The notes under the pieces were generated by a model. It worked only from the letters and a program-made list of their open reading frames with translations. It was not told the DNA's origin and did no database searches. A stretch of 64,000 nt of DNA from Cyanophyceae cyanobacterium (GTDB lineage Bacteria > Cyanobacteriota > Cyanobacteriia > Cyanobacteriales > Laspinemataceae): assembly GCA_038321985.1 (NCBI GenBank), contig JBBQFN010000008.1, forward strand, positions 1 through 64,000, written 5' to 3'. Below, one piece after another: positions 1-9,596 of this stretch; within the stretch, counting starts at the first letter, position 1, and every line of letters begins with the position of its first letter. The position numbers and the translations under genes are program-made.

Positions 1-873
1 AGTGCCGATATCGCTACCCGTAGGAGTACCCGAAAAAGTGCCGGTTGTCGCATCGAAGGATAACCAGGATGGGAGTGCCGACCCATCTTCGAGACTCGCC
101 GTGTAAGTTAAGGCATTACCATCAGCATCGGTAAAACTGCCCTCGGGAATTGTATAATTAAAGGCCGTATCAACCGTGGCATTCGGTGTTGAAGTAATGT
201 CATTGCTGACAACCGGCGCACTATTGGGTGTGGTGGTATCTACGATCAAACTAACTGCACTGGAAGCAGCAGAAACATTCCCGGCTGCATCCGTAGCCGT
301 AGCAGTAAGAGTGGAAGTGCCATCCGCAATGGCGTTCGTGGGAGTAAACGAAAAGTTTCCGGTGGCATCCGCCGTGGTTGTACCAAGAGAAGTCCCGTTT
401 CGGAAGATTTCTACGGTACTATTGGCTTCGGCTGTGCCGATGATGGCGGGTGTGCTATCGTTGGTGGTGCCGGAGGTAGTAATTGCCGGTGCGGTGGGTG
501 CGGTGGTATCGATAGTTAAGCTGGATGCTGTAGAAGCAGCAGAACTGTTCCCGGCTGCATCCGTAGCCGTAGCCGTGAGAGTAGAAGTGCCATCCGCAAT
601 GGCGTTCGTGGGAGTAAACGAAAAGTTTCCGGTGGCATCCGCCGTGGTTGTACCCAGAGAAGTCCCGTTTCGGAAGATTTCTACGGTACTATTGGCTTCG
701 GCTGTGCCGATGATGGCGGGTGTGCTATCGTTGCTGGTGCCGGAGGTAGTAATTGCCGGTGGGGTGGGTGCGGTGGTATCTACCACAATGGCTTTGCTGC
801 CACCGAGGGAGGAGGCTGAACCCAAGGCAGGAAGGGTGAGGATGGCATCGAAGGCGGTGGCAATGGTTTCTTT
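1..873 (-). pseudogene. Out-of-frame continuation of the same gene: two Ig-like repeats and a putative Ig/dystroglycan-type cadherin domain; runs off the window edge
   Basis: Frame 873->1 reads KETIATAFDAILTLPALGSASSLGGSKAIVVDTTAPT...TDAAGN...YTIPEGSFTDADGNALTYTASLEDGSALPSWLSFDATTGTFSGTP. It is joined to the upstream ORF by deleting base 874. Confidence 0.8.
226..785. repeat. Two near-identical 270-bp coding repeats (90-aa Ig-like domains)
   Basis: CCGGCTGCATCCGTAGCCGT occurs at 281 and 551, and long flanks are nearly identical. Confidence 0.85.
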
Positions 874-2614
874 AGATAGTGCCACCATTGAGTTCTAAGG
901 CAGTGGTGGAGAGGTATTCTAAGTCCGTGGAATTGTCGCTGGCTTGGATGGTGTACTGGAAGGTAAGGGTGGTGGTGCCGGTGCCTGTGGTGTAGGTGGC
1001 GTATTGGTCGGTGGTGTCGGTTTCCAGTTGCACGCGGGGGGTGCCGGTGACGTTGACTGCTGCATCGAAGGTGATAGTGATGTCGATGGGGTCACCGACG
1101 CCGTAGCTGCCATCTGGGGTGGTAGCGCTGACGGCGGTGATTTCGGGGGTGTTGTTGAGCAGCACTGAGACGTTATTGCTGTTGCGGTTCGCTGTGGCTA
1201 AATCGGCCTTGTCATCGCCGTTGAAGTCTCCTACGGTGACGGAAAACGGCTGGGTTCCCACAGCAAAGGGGGTTGGGGTGCCGAAACTGCCACTGCCGTC
1301 TGAGAGCAGCACTGAGATGTTATCGCTGCCGATGTTCGCTGTGGCTAAATCGGCCTTGTCATCGCCGTTGAAGTCTCCTACGGTGACGGAAAACGGAGTG
1401 GATACCACAGCAAAGGGGGTTTGGGTGCTGAATCCGCCACTACCGTTTCCGAGCAGCACTGAGACGTTATTGCTGTTGCGGTTCGCTGTGGCTAAATCTG
1501 CCTTGCCATCGCCGTTGAAGTCTCCTACGGTGACGGAATTGGGAATGGCTCCCACAGCAAAGGTGGTTTGGGTGCTGAATCCGCCACTACCGTCTGAGAG
1601 CAGCACTGAAATGTTGCTGCTGCCGGGGTTCGCTGTGGCTAAATCGGCCTTGTCATCGCCGTTGAAGTCTCCTACGGTGACGGAAAACGGCTGGGTTCCC
1701 ACAGCAAAGGGGGTTGGGGTGCCGAAACTGCCACTGCCGTCTGAGAGCAGCACTGAGATGTTATTGCTGTTGCGGTTCGCTGTGACTAAATCGGCCTTGC
1801 CATCGCCGTTGAAGTCTCCTACGGTGACGAAAAACGGCTGGGTTCCCACAGCAAAGGGGGCTTGGGTGCTGAATCCGCCACTACCGTTTCCGAGCAGCAC
1901 TGAGACGTTATTGCTGTTGGGGTTCGCTGTGGCTAAATCGGGGTTGCCATCGCCGTTGAAGTCTCCTACGGTGACGGAACGCGGAGTGGTTCCCACAGCA
2001 AAGGTAGTTTGGGTGTCAAATCCCAGGGTGTGGGGGTAGCTGGCGAGGGTGTGGGGGTTCAGCGGTGAGGGGTGAGTTTCTCCTGTTGCCTGTTGCCTGT
2101 TCTTTATTCCCTGGGGAAAGATTTGCTGGAGGTGCCAGGTGCCGCCTTGGTTGGGGTTGCCGGTGGGGTTGGGGTTGGCATAGATTTCGGCGTTTAGGTA
2201 GCGATGTAGCTGTTGCAGGAATTGCTCTCCCTGGGTTTGAGCTGCTACGAGGCATCCGTATAGGTGGATCTCAGCTAGGGACCACTGTTGCAGTTGGCTG
2301 GCGTAGTGGGTTAGGGTTTGCTGGTTGAGGATGCTGTTGCCTAGATACAGGGTTCCGGGGGTCCCATGAGAGATCAGGTGGAGTGCTGTGGTTTTTCCGC
2401 AATTGGATGTTTCGTTTAAGAGTTGGGTAATTTGTTGGATGCCATCTTCTGCTGGATGCAGAATCGCCACTTCACAGTGGAGGCTTACTGCGCTGGCGAG
2501 GAGAGGGTAGTCTGCAACTCCAGGGTCAATGATGACTAATTGTCGGGACCCATCGCTTTTGGGTGGGTAGCACAGGGAACTCGGGGTAATGTAGTGACGG
2601 GTTGCATTGTTCAT
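872..2614 (-). CDS. N-terminal part of a large surface/adhesin-like protein: DUF4347-like domain, six FG-GAP/VCBS repeats, start of an Ig-like domain; ends at a frameshift-created stop
   Basis: LVIIDPGVADY...LHLISHGTPG.L.LG...LYGC.VA resembles DUF4347. Six VTVGDFNGD.KADLATAN repeats follow. The ORF stops mid-motif at LELNGGTI*. Confidence 0.85.
   Translation of the reverse strand: MNNATRHYITPSSLCYPPKSDGSRQLVIIDPGVADYPLLASAVSLHCEVAILHPAEDGIQQITQLLNETSNCGKTTALHLISHGTPGTLYLGNSILNQQTLTHYASQLQQWSLAEIHLYGCLVAAQTQGEQFLQQLHRYLNAEIYANPNPTGNPNQGGTWHLQQIFPQGIKNRQQATGETHPSPLNPHTLASYPHTLGFDTQTTFAVGTTPRSVTVGDFNGDGNPDLATANPNSNNVSVLLGNGSGGFSTQAPFAVGTQPFFVTVGDFNGDGKADLVTANRNSNNISVLLSDGSGSFGTPTPFAVGTQPFSVTVGDFNGDDKADLATANPGSSNISVLLSDGSGGFSTQTTFAVGAIPNSVTVGDFNGDGKADLATANRNSNNVSVLLGNGSGGFSTQTPFAVVSTPFSVTVGDFNGDDKADLATANIGSDNISVLLSDGSGSFGTPTPFAVGTQPFSVTVGDFNGDDKADLATANRNSNNVSVLLNNTPEITAVSATTPDGSYGVGDPIDITITFDAAVNVTGTPRVQLETDTTDQYATYTTGTGTTTLTFQYTIQASDNSTDLEYLSTTALELNGGTI
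1155..2020. repeat. Six tandem 147-bp coding repeats (49-aa FG-GAP blades)
   Basis: GCCGTTGAAGTCTCCTACGGTGACG occurs at 1217, 1364, 1511, 1658, 1805 and 1952. Confidence 0.95.
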
Positions 2615-2728
2615 TTTTCTATAGTGACCCTAAATCAGTTTGCAAGGGGACGTCGGCGGCCCCCAACCGACGGCGGCCCAGAACGGGAGAGGGGAGCCGA
2701 TCTTTATGTCAAATTCATTTAGACTCGC

Positions 2729-2865
2729 TATAGCATTTTCCATAGTTATGAGATACCGATAGTGATTAGTGCGAGCATCTTGCTCGCTCTTGAAGATAGC
2801 GAGCAAGATGCTCGCACTCCGCTACTGATTTTTATGAGTACCTCATGAGTCCGGAAACCGCTATA
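2729..2865. mobile_element. MITE/REP-like palindromic element (about 137 bp)
   Basis: Imperfect terminal inverted repeats TATAGCattttcc / ggaaaccGCTATA enclose a perfect 21-bp stem AGTGCGAGCATCTTGCTCGCT (2768-2788 / 2798-2818). Confidence 0.65.
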
Positions 2866-2937
2866 TTATGAAGAGCCTAGAATTTTTGAATAGAACTCTG
2901 GGCCAAAAAATTTGATTAGTTCTATCAAAATTAACGA

Positions 2938-3384
2938 TTAAAGAGGTTCTATTTGTTTAACAACTCGGAGAATCACCCAACAGATTAAGGCACTGGCTAA
3001 TCCAAGTTGCCATAATCCACAGCCAATCAAAAGTCCTAGGGCAGCCGTAACCCAAATTGCTGCCGCAGAGGTTAATCCTCGAACGTGGTCCTGATCCCGT
3101 AAAATCGTTCCCCCTCCAATAAAACTAACCCCGGTAATAATGCCTTGGATAATGCGGCTAAAGGCATCCGTACTTTCGAGGGCGACACCGAGTTGCAGGG
3201 GCAACAATGCCAAGATAGTTGTTCCAAAAGTAACTAGCATATAGGTCCTTAAACCGGCGGGTTTATGTTCCCTTTCACGATTTAATCCGATCGCTGCCCC
3301 CACGAGCAACGATAACCCGAGTCGCCCCAGCAAGTGCAAGGTATCAACGGGAGCAAGGGAGCTGAGATTTGACACGGTTTGCAT
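2938..3384 (-). CDS. MgtC/SapB family membrane protein
   Basis: IGLNRE...KPAGLRTYMLV, SRIIQGIITGVSFIGGGTIL, VRGLTSAAAIW. Confidence 0.92.
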   Translation of the reverse strand: MQTVSNLSSLAPVDTLHLLGRLGLSLLVGAAIGLNREREHKPAGLRTYMLVTFGTTILALLPLQLGVALESTDAFSRIIQGIITGVSFIGGGTILRDQDHVRGLTSAAAIWVTAALGLLIGCGLWQLGLASALICWVILRVVKQIEPL

Positions 3385-3742
3385 AAATTGAGTCTGTACC
3401 CTTTACTTTACAGGGGTCGGGGTCAAATTGTCACCTTTCCCTAATCAGGACTTGTGATAAGGAGGAGAGGAGGTAAACTATAAGTTTAACTTATTATAAA
3501 AATTTGCGGGTTGAGAGAGTTTACCCCTGAAGGAGAACCCTGATCAGTTTGATATCTTTATAGCCTCAGGCTTTTAATTCTGGTTTTTCGCTACCGTTAC
3601 TCTCCCATAAACTGGGAAAAGTAACGTTTATAACAATAAGAATAAACTATGTAAAATCAAAGTCTATCTTTGGGTAGAGGTCTCCCGAGGGGGAGTCATG
3701 AGAGAAAGATAAAGAGAGAACAGTGAAAAAAACGAGACGGCT

Positions 3743-4060
3743 ATGCCTAAATCGATGAATTCTCTTTCTTCCGAACCGATCGATGAAATTCTTTGTTATT
3801 ATTTGAATTCTACAAGTGAAATTCAGTTTATCAAGAGTGAATGTCGAGAAATTTGGGAGTTTGAGCGGATTGTATTTCCGGGACAACGGCTTTTCTTTGA
3901 AGCTATATCCACAGGCCATTTAGAAATTTACAAAGCGAGGAATTCCGGTTTACAGTTAGCCGCTCGGGTGAAATGCGATCGCTTGCAAGTTCAGCAAGAA
4001 AGCAAATCATCTTTCACAACTGTCTCAGAAGTTCTAGGACAACAACTAGCAGTTTGTTAA
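3743..4060 (+). CDS. DUF1830-like cyanobacterial protein
   Basis: ILCYYLNST..IQ, FERIVFPGQRLFFEA, LEIY, C.RLQV. Confidence 0.8.
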   Translation: MPKSMNSLSSEPIDEILCYYLNSTSEIQFIKSECREIWEFERIVFPGQRLFFEAISTGHLEIYKARNSGLQLAARVKCDRLQVQQESKSSFTTVSEVLGQQLAVC

Positions 4061-4366
4061 GTTAGGACAAAATTTAGGGTGATTTGTAGTGAGTTAAACA
4101 CTGCATACAGAGAAATGATTGGGTGATGCTGGGTGTAAAAAAACAAGAGGAGAAGAAGCGATCGCTTTTTCTCCTTTCTTTCTTTGAGGGGGGGGTAAAG
4201 CGGGTGTTATCCTTACGGTTCGACAAGCGCGATCGCCGGGTTTGATGTAGAATAAAGGCGATCGCACTCAGGATCGAGTGAGCATCCGAGGCGAGTTTTC
4301 CAGCACAGGTGCAGAAATTAGAAAGTTGAGAAGGCGATCGGCACGACCTTAATACCCGAGGGCTAT

Positions 4367-5617
4367 ATGAAGATTTTATCCCAGTCTTCTACCTTGAAAG
4401 TCGCATTTCAGCAGCAAATTGAACCTAAAATTCAAGCTCAAAGAACCACAAATCAAGAGCTATTAGGAGAAAGTTTATTTGCTCAAGTCGGGTCTTTTTT
4501 CTGGGAAGTTAACCGCCTGAGTCGTCAAGTTAAAGGCAGTCTCGGAGAAGGCGTTGTTTCCTTCCTTCTGCAATGGTTGCCCGATTCTGATATCTTATTC
4601 AACAATGCCTTAATTCCGACCCAAAAGCCGGGAATTTTGACGGAAATCGACCATCTTATTATTAGCACAAATGGCGTATTTCTGGTTGAAGTCAAAACCT
4701 GGAAAGGCTCATTTAGTGCTTACCAAGATAAATGGAAGCGCCGGGAAGGCAAAAAGTGGGTTCCTATGGACCAAAGTCCCAGTTCTCAAAGCGCCTACCA
4801 TCAGCAAATGTTTGAGAGTTGGATTCGGAACATTCTCCCAAATTTACCTGCCAATTGTGTGATCGCGCCGGTGGTTTTTCCCGTGGTAGATTGGGTGGAA
4901 ACCACTCAATGCGCGGTTCCCGTTTTACAAGGGGTAAATAGTTTACTAACGTTCTTAAAAAGTTCAAGAACCTGTCTCACACCCGAGCAAGTTTCTGAGA
5001 TAGCCGCTGCTGTTGCGAATTATACAATTCCCCCACCCGACCTCACCCCACCGAAAGCATCGCCACCGAAACCCATTCCAAAATCCTCCCTGCCCTCGGT
5101 GGCAAATCCAGTCACTCCCCGAAGTTATACAATGCAGGAAAATACCCAGGTTGCCGATCGCGCAACGGCAGATATTGTCCAGTGGTTGCAAAATTCCCCC
5201 CGGACTATTTCGGTTCAAAATGTCGAAGATGACCCGCATTATCGCCATATTGATGTAGATTTACTGGTAACGACAGACCGGGGTATCTCTAAACTAGAAA
5301 TTAAAGGCGATCGCTATCATAAAACTGGCAATTTCTTTTTTGAAACTGACAGCAATCGCGAGAGAAATACCCCCGGTTGCTTTCTCTATACTGAGGCGGA
5401 TTGGTTGCGCTACTATTTTGTTGAAATTTGCATTTTGTACTTGCTACCCATGCCTGCTACACGAGATTGGTTCGTAAATAATATCGAACGATTTCAATCA
5501 AAGTGTACGACAACTCCGATTAGAAGCGGCGGTTGCTATACCACTGTTGGACGTCTGGTGCCGATTAAAGTGGTTCTCGAAGAAGTCCCCGGAATTAAAC
5601 GGTACGAACTGGGGTAA
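4367..5617 (+). CDS. NERD nuclease domain fused through a Pro-rich linker to a second PD-(D/E)XK-like nuclease domain
   Basis: N-terminal GEG.V...EIDHLIISTNGVFLVEVKTWKG (NERD). C-terminal DVDLLV...LEIKGD...GNFFFE. Confidence 0.75.
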   Translation: MKILSQSSTLKVAFQQQIEPKIQAQRTTNQELLGESLFAQVGSFFWEVNRLSRQVKGSLGEGVVSFLLQWLPDSDILFNNALIPTQKPGILTEIDHLIISTNGVFLVEVKTWKGSFSAYQDKWKRREGKKWVPMDQSPSSQSAYHQQMFESWIRNILPNLPANCVIAPVVFPVVDWVETTQCAVPVLQGVNSLLTFLKSSRTCLTPEQVSEIAAAVANYTIPPPDLTPPKASPPKPIPKSSLPSVANPVTPRSYTMQENTQVADRATADIVQWLQNSPRTISVQNVEDDPHYRHIDVDLLVTTDRGISKLEIKGDRYHKTGNFFFETDSNRERNTPGCFLYTEADWLRYYFVEICILYLLPMPATRDWFVNNIERFQSKCTTTPIRSGGCYTTVGRLVPIKVVLEEVPGIKRYELG

Positions 5618-5819
5618 GTTAGGGATAGGAACACCGAAAGCGACGTGAAAACCGGGATGCGATCGCCGCTGAAAAGAGCGATGAAAAATCAAGGCAAAGT
5701 GGGGTTTCTAATCTACCTCGTCTCAGCCCCGGTGATCAAGCCTTGGCAATTAATGCAAATGGTGTCAGATCTCAGTTAAAACTGAGAGGGAGAGTATCGT
5801 AAGTTGGAGGGAGTCTGCT

Positions 5820-6743
5820 GTGGATCCGGAGAAACAACAACAGATCATGGGGTATTTCATCGAGGAAGCCCGAGAGCACCTCGAAACCATCGAAAAAGGA
5901 CTGTTGGATTTACAGTCCACCATGAACGATCAAGAACAAGTTAACGAACTGTTTCGGGCAGCACATTCGGTCAAAGGGGGTGCGGCAATGTTGGGCTTTG
6001 GGAGTATTCAAAAAACTGCCCACAGCTTAGAGGATTGTTTTAAGATTTTGAAAGAGGAGCCGGTTCCGGTTGACCAAAAGCTGGAAACTTTATTTTTAAA
6101 AGGGTATGACACCCTGCAAAAATTAGTGGAACACCTGCAAGGACCTTTTGGGTTGAGGGAAGAAGACGGGGCAGAAATTGTCAAAGAGTCTCAGCCTGTG
6201 TTTGAGGAACTGAAAAAATACCTGGATGCCCTGGTTACAGGAGGGGGTATAGCCAATGAACAGCAAGCCAACACTGACGCCGGGTTGGAGATTGCCAACG
6301 AAGTGATCAATCTGTTGCGACAAATGTTAATGCTATTCCAGCAAAAGCCTGATACAGAAAACCGTAAACGGATTGGGGCTTTATGCAATCAACTCGCTGA
6401 AATGAGTCCTCAGATGCAGAATTGGCAAACTTTAATTAAAACTGCGGCAGGGGCGATCGCCAATCCGAAAAACACCTATGACCTGATTGCACCTGTAGCG
6501 ATTAAAGAAATCAAGTATGCCAGCGATTTTATTGCGGTCGGTAAACCGGATACAATGCCACCGAGTCCATTGTTGTTAGAATTGGCTGGCAAGTCACCCC
6601 ATCAAGCAGGAGTTACCCTCAAAGAGAAGGAGTTTATCATTAAGGCTGACCCGCAAGCAGCAGCGAAGAAACTCATCGAAACGTTTGATAAAAAGCAGCT
6701 AACCGTACTTGCGAAGTTATTGGTAAAAGAGGTGAAATCTTAA
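5820..6743 (+). CDS. Hpt-domain protein (CheA P1-like) with no kinase domain
   Basis: GYFIEEAREHL...LFRAAHSVKGGAAMLG. GTG start preceded by GGAGG. Confidence 0.88.
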   Translation: MDPEKQQQIMGYFIEEAREHLETIEKGLLDLQSTMNDQEQVNELFRAAHSVKGGAAMLGFGSIQKTAHSLEDCFKILKEEPVPVDQKLETLFLKGYDTLQKLVEHLQGPFGLREEDGAEIVKESQPVFEELKKYLDALVTGGGIANEQQANTDAGLEIANEVINLLRQMLMLFQQKPDTENRKRIGALCNQLAEMSPQMQNWQTLIKTAAGAIANPKNTYDLIAPVAIKEIKYASDFIAVGKPDTMPPSPLLLELAGKSPHQAGVTLKEKEFIIKADPQAAAKKLIETFDKKQLTVLAKLLVKEVKS

Positions 6744-6761
6744 TAAATTTTTTCCAAAAAA

Positions 6762-6793
6762 CTTCGGGGTTTTAACCCCCGAAGCCCTTTTTT
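6762..6793 (+). terminator. Intrinsic terminator after the Hpt gene
   Basis: CTTCGGGG...CCCCGAAG stem followed by a T-run. Confidence 0.6.
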
Positions 6794-7054
6794 CGGGGCG
6801 TAAAATTTATCAGTTAAAGTTCCGGACCCCTCCCATTTACAAGAGGAGAGGTCTAGAGAAGTGTATTATGGCACGATCGCAATGGTTGCTCCCGGCATCA
6901 CAAGGCGATCGCGCCATAATACACACTTTAACTTAGTGAGTTGGATTAATCCCAATTGGGCAGTCGCCCCTCTTAGACCCCCCTGAACCTTTGAGGAGCC
7001 TTGGTGCGCCGCGCTCGTCTAAGGTTGGGTGTACTTATCGTAATGTTAACGCTT

Positions 7055-9283
7055 ATGCCTCGCTTTTCCTTCTTTCGCCGTCCGTCTCCAAACCCGGTTA
7101 TGCCTCCCGTATCCACTGGCCTCGGGACCTTTGGGGGCGTTTATACACCGTCGATTTTGACAATTCTCGGCGTGATCATGTATTTGAGATTTGGATGGGT
7201 GGTGGGCAATGTCGGCTTAATCGGCACGTTACTGATTGTTACCCTCGCTACCTCCATCACTTTTTTCACCGGCTTATCCATCTCTGCGATCGCCACCGAT
7301 CGGGTTGTGCGAGTCGGGGGAGCCTACTACATGATTAGCCGGTCCCTGGGAATTGAAACCGGCGGTGCGGTGGGGATTCCCCTCTACTTTGCCCAAGGGC
7401 TTTCTGTGGCCCTCTACACCATTGGATTTGCCGAAAGCGTTGTAGAGGCATTTCCAGAATTCAGAACCATGCAACGGGCGATCGCCTTAATCACCACCCT
7501 AGCGGTAGCTCTGCTTGCTATGAAATCAGCCCGGACGGCCATCCGCGCCCAATATTTCATCATGGCGGCGATCGTTCTATCTCTAGTCTCCTTTGCCTTC
7601 GGCAGTCCCATTGAGAATACGACGATCGAAATGTGGGGGGCTAAACCGGAAAATTCCGAATCCTTCTGGGTCGTTTTCGCCGTCTTCTTCCCTGCCGTTA
7701 CCGGCATCATGGCAGGAGTGGGAATGTCCGGTGACTTGCGCGACCCCTCCCGGTCCATTCCCGTTGGCACCCTAGCTGCCGTCGGGACCGGCTATGTAAT
7801 CTATATGGGACTGCCGCTCCTCCTTGCTATGCGTGCCGATGCGAGTACCCTGATTGCCAATCCCTTGATTATGCAACAGATGGCATTATGGGGTCCAGCG
7901 ATTTTACTTGGCGTCTGGGGGGCGACCTTATCCAGCGCCTTGGGTAGCATTTTAGGCGCGCCTCGGGTCCTGCAAGCCCTTGCCAGGGATGGAATTTTGC
8001 CTTCCTGGATGCGGGGACTGGGTAACGGAAAAGGACCCGACGACGAACCATTTATTGCCACCTGCGTCACTCTCGGGATTGCGGCCTTAGCCGTAGCTGT
8101 CGGGGATTTGAATACGATCGCCCCGGTGCTAACCATGTTCTTTTTAACCACTTACATGGTGTTAAATGTAGCCGCAGGCATTGAAGGCTTTTTGCAAAGT
8201 CCATCCTACCGCCCCACCTTTCGGGTGCATTGGGCGATTTCCCTGCTGGGTGCAGTCGGTTGTATCGCCGTGATGCTTCTGATTGATGCGATCGCCACCG
8301 TGGTTGCGGGTATTGTCGTACTCGGAATTTATATCTGGTTAGAACGTCGTGAACTTGAATCCGCCTGGGGAGATGTGCGCCGGGGTCTCTGGATGGAGCT
8401 CGTGCGGATGGGGATTTTTAACCTCAGCCACGAACCGGATACCAAAAACTGGCGACCTCACCTCCTAGTGCTTTCCGGTGCTCCCACCCGGCGTTGGAGT
8501 CTAATCGAACTCGCCACCGCTTTTACCCACAACCGAGGCTTAATTACCGTATCTAGTGTTCTCCCGACCGGTTCTCGGGATACTGCCCAACAAACGAAAT
8601 TAGAAACCACCATTCGGGACTATCTGGAAAGGCGAGGGATTCAAGCCTTAGTCCGCTTAATTACTGCCCCCGATCCCTTTGTCGGGGCAGAAAATCTAGT
8701 TGAAATATACGGACTCGGACCCTTAGTACCGAATACGATTTTACTGGGAGATAGTGAAGAACCTTCTCACCGCGATCGCTATTGCGAAATGCTAGATAAT
8801 CTCCACCAAGCCAATCGCAACGTGATTATCTTCCGGGAAAATGCCGATCAGGGTTTTGGTCAACGTCGCCGCATTGATGTGTGGTGGGGTGGATTACAAG
8901 CTAATGGCGGTCTCATGCTGATTTTGGCCTATTTGGTGCGAACCAGTAACCAATGGCAAAACGCCCAAGTATATCTCAAATTGGTGGTACCCGATCGCGC
9001 TGCTGCCGAATCAGCGGAGGCTAACATCGCCGCCTTAGTCAAACAGTTACGGATTGGGGCGATTCCGCAAGTCGTAATTGCTGACGGACAACCCTTTGAT
9101 GAAATTCTGCGGGAATCCTCTCAAAACACTGATCTGGTCTTCCTAGGAATGGCAACTCCCGGAGAGAACTATACGGATTACTACGAGCAGTTACAAGCTC
9201 GGGCTGCGGGTTTACCGACTACTATTTTTGTCCTGGCTGCACCGGATTTTGCTTTTGAAGAGGTGTTGACAGATAATGCGTAA
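7055..9283 (+). CDS. Cation-chloride (Na-K-Cl) cotransporter family, APC superfamily; start uncertain (7001-7100)
   Basis: GTFGGVYTPSILTILGVIMYLR, GGAYYMISRSLG, FFPAVTGIMAG, KNWRP, IDVWW are SLC12-type motifs. Confidence 0.88.
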   Translation: MPRFSFFRRPSPNPVMPPVSTGLGTFGGVYTPSILTILGVIMYLRFGWVVGNVGLIGTLLIVTLATSITFFTGLSISAIATDRVVRVGGAYYMISRSLGIETGGAVGIPLYFAQGLSVALYTIGFAESVVEAFPEFRTMQRAIALITTLAVALLAMKSARTAIRAQYFIMAAIVLSLVSFAFGSPIENTTIEMWGAKPENSESFWVVFAVFFPAVTGIMAGVGMSGDLRDPSRSIPVGTLAAVGTGYVIYMGLPLLLAMRADASTLIANPLIMQQMALWGPAILLGVWGATLSSALGSILGAPRVLQALARDGILPSWMRGLGNGKGPDDEPFIATCVTLGIAALAVAVGDLNTIAPVLTMFFLTTYMVLNVAAGIEGFLQSPSYRPTFRVHWAISLLGAVGCIAVMLLIDAIATVVAGIVVLGIYIWLERRELESAWGDVRRGLWMELVRMGIFNLSHEPDTKNWRPHLLVLSGAPTRRWSLIELATAFTHNRGLITVSSVLPTGSRDTAQQTKLETTIRDYLERRGIQALVRLITAPDPFVGAENLVEIYGLGPLVPNTILLGDSEEPSHRDRYCEMLDNLHQANRNVIIFRENADQGFGQRRRIDVWWGGLQANGGLMLILAYLVRTSNQWQNAQVYLKLVVPDRAAAESAEANIAALVKQLRIGAIPQVVIADGQPFDEILRESSQNTDLVFLGMATPGENYTDYYEQLQARAAGLPTTIFVLAAPDFAFEEVLTDNA

Positions 9284-9596
9284 TCGCGGGTTGGTTAGAA
9301 GAAAAAAGGATGACCCGGAGAGGGTGGCCTATCCTCACTAAGTCTAAGTTGATCATCTCGGCTGAAGTCGTGAGAAAAGCTAGAACCTTTACAAGGATAA
9401 TAGCATCTGAGCCGGGTTTAATCGAAGGCCAGCTATGAGGCGGGGTTCTAAAACCCCGCCGATTGTCGCGATCGGGTACAAAAATTTGTATCAATAGTAC
9501 CCATTGCCGGAAACGACTAAAGTCCTGACACCGAAGAATCAGAAACGACAACAAGCCTTAACACCGGACCTTTGAAAATGGGACAAAAACTCACTT

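Noticed and set aside
1155..2020. Regularly spaced identical 25-mers resembling a CRISPR array
   Set aside because: The spacers are homologous to each other, the period is 49 codons of FG-GAP protein, and there are no cas genes.
176..2039. Long plus-strand ORFs 176-898 and 1119-2039
   Set aside because: These are antisense shadows of the repetitive minus-strand adhesin gene. Their frame change mirrors the frameshift at 874.
4216..4240. GGTTCGA as a tRNA T-loop
   Set aside because: No cloverleaf can be formed. At most it is a degenerate small repeat next to a HIP1 site.
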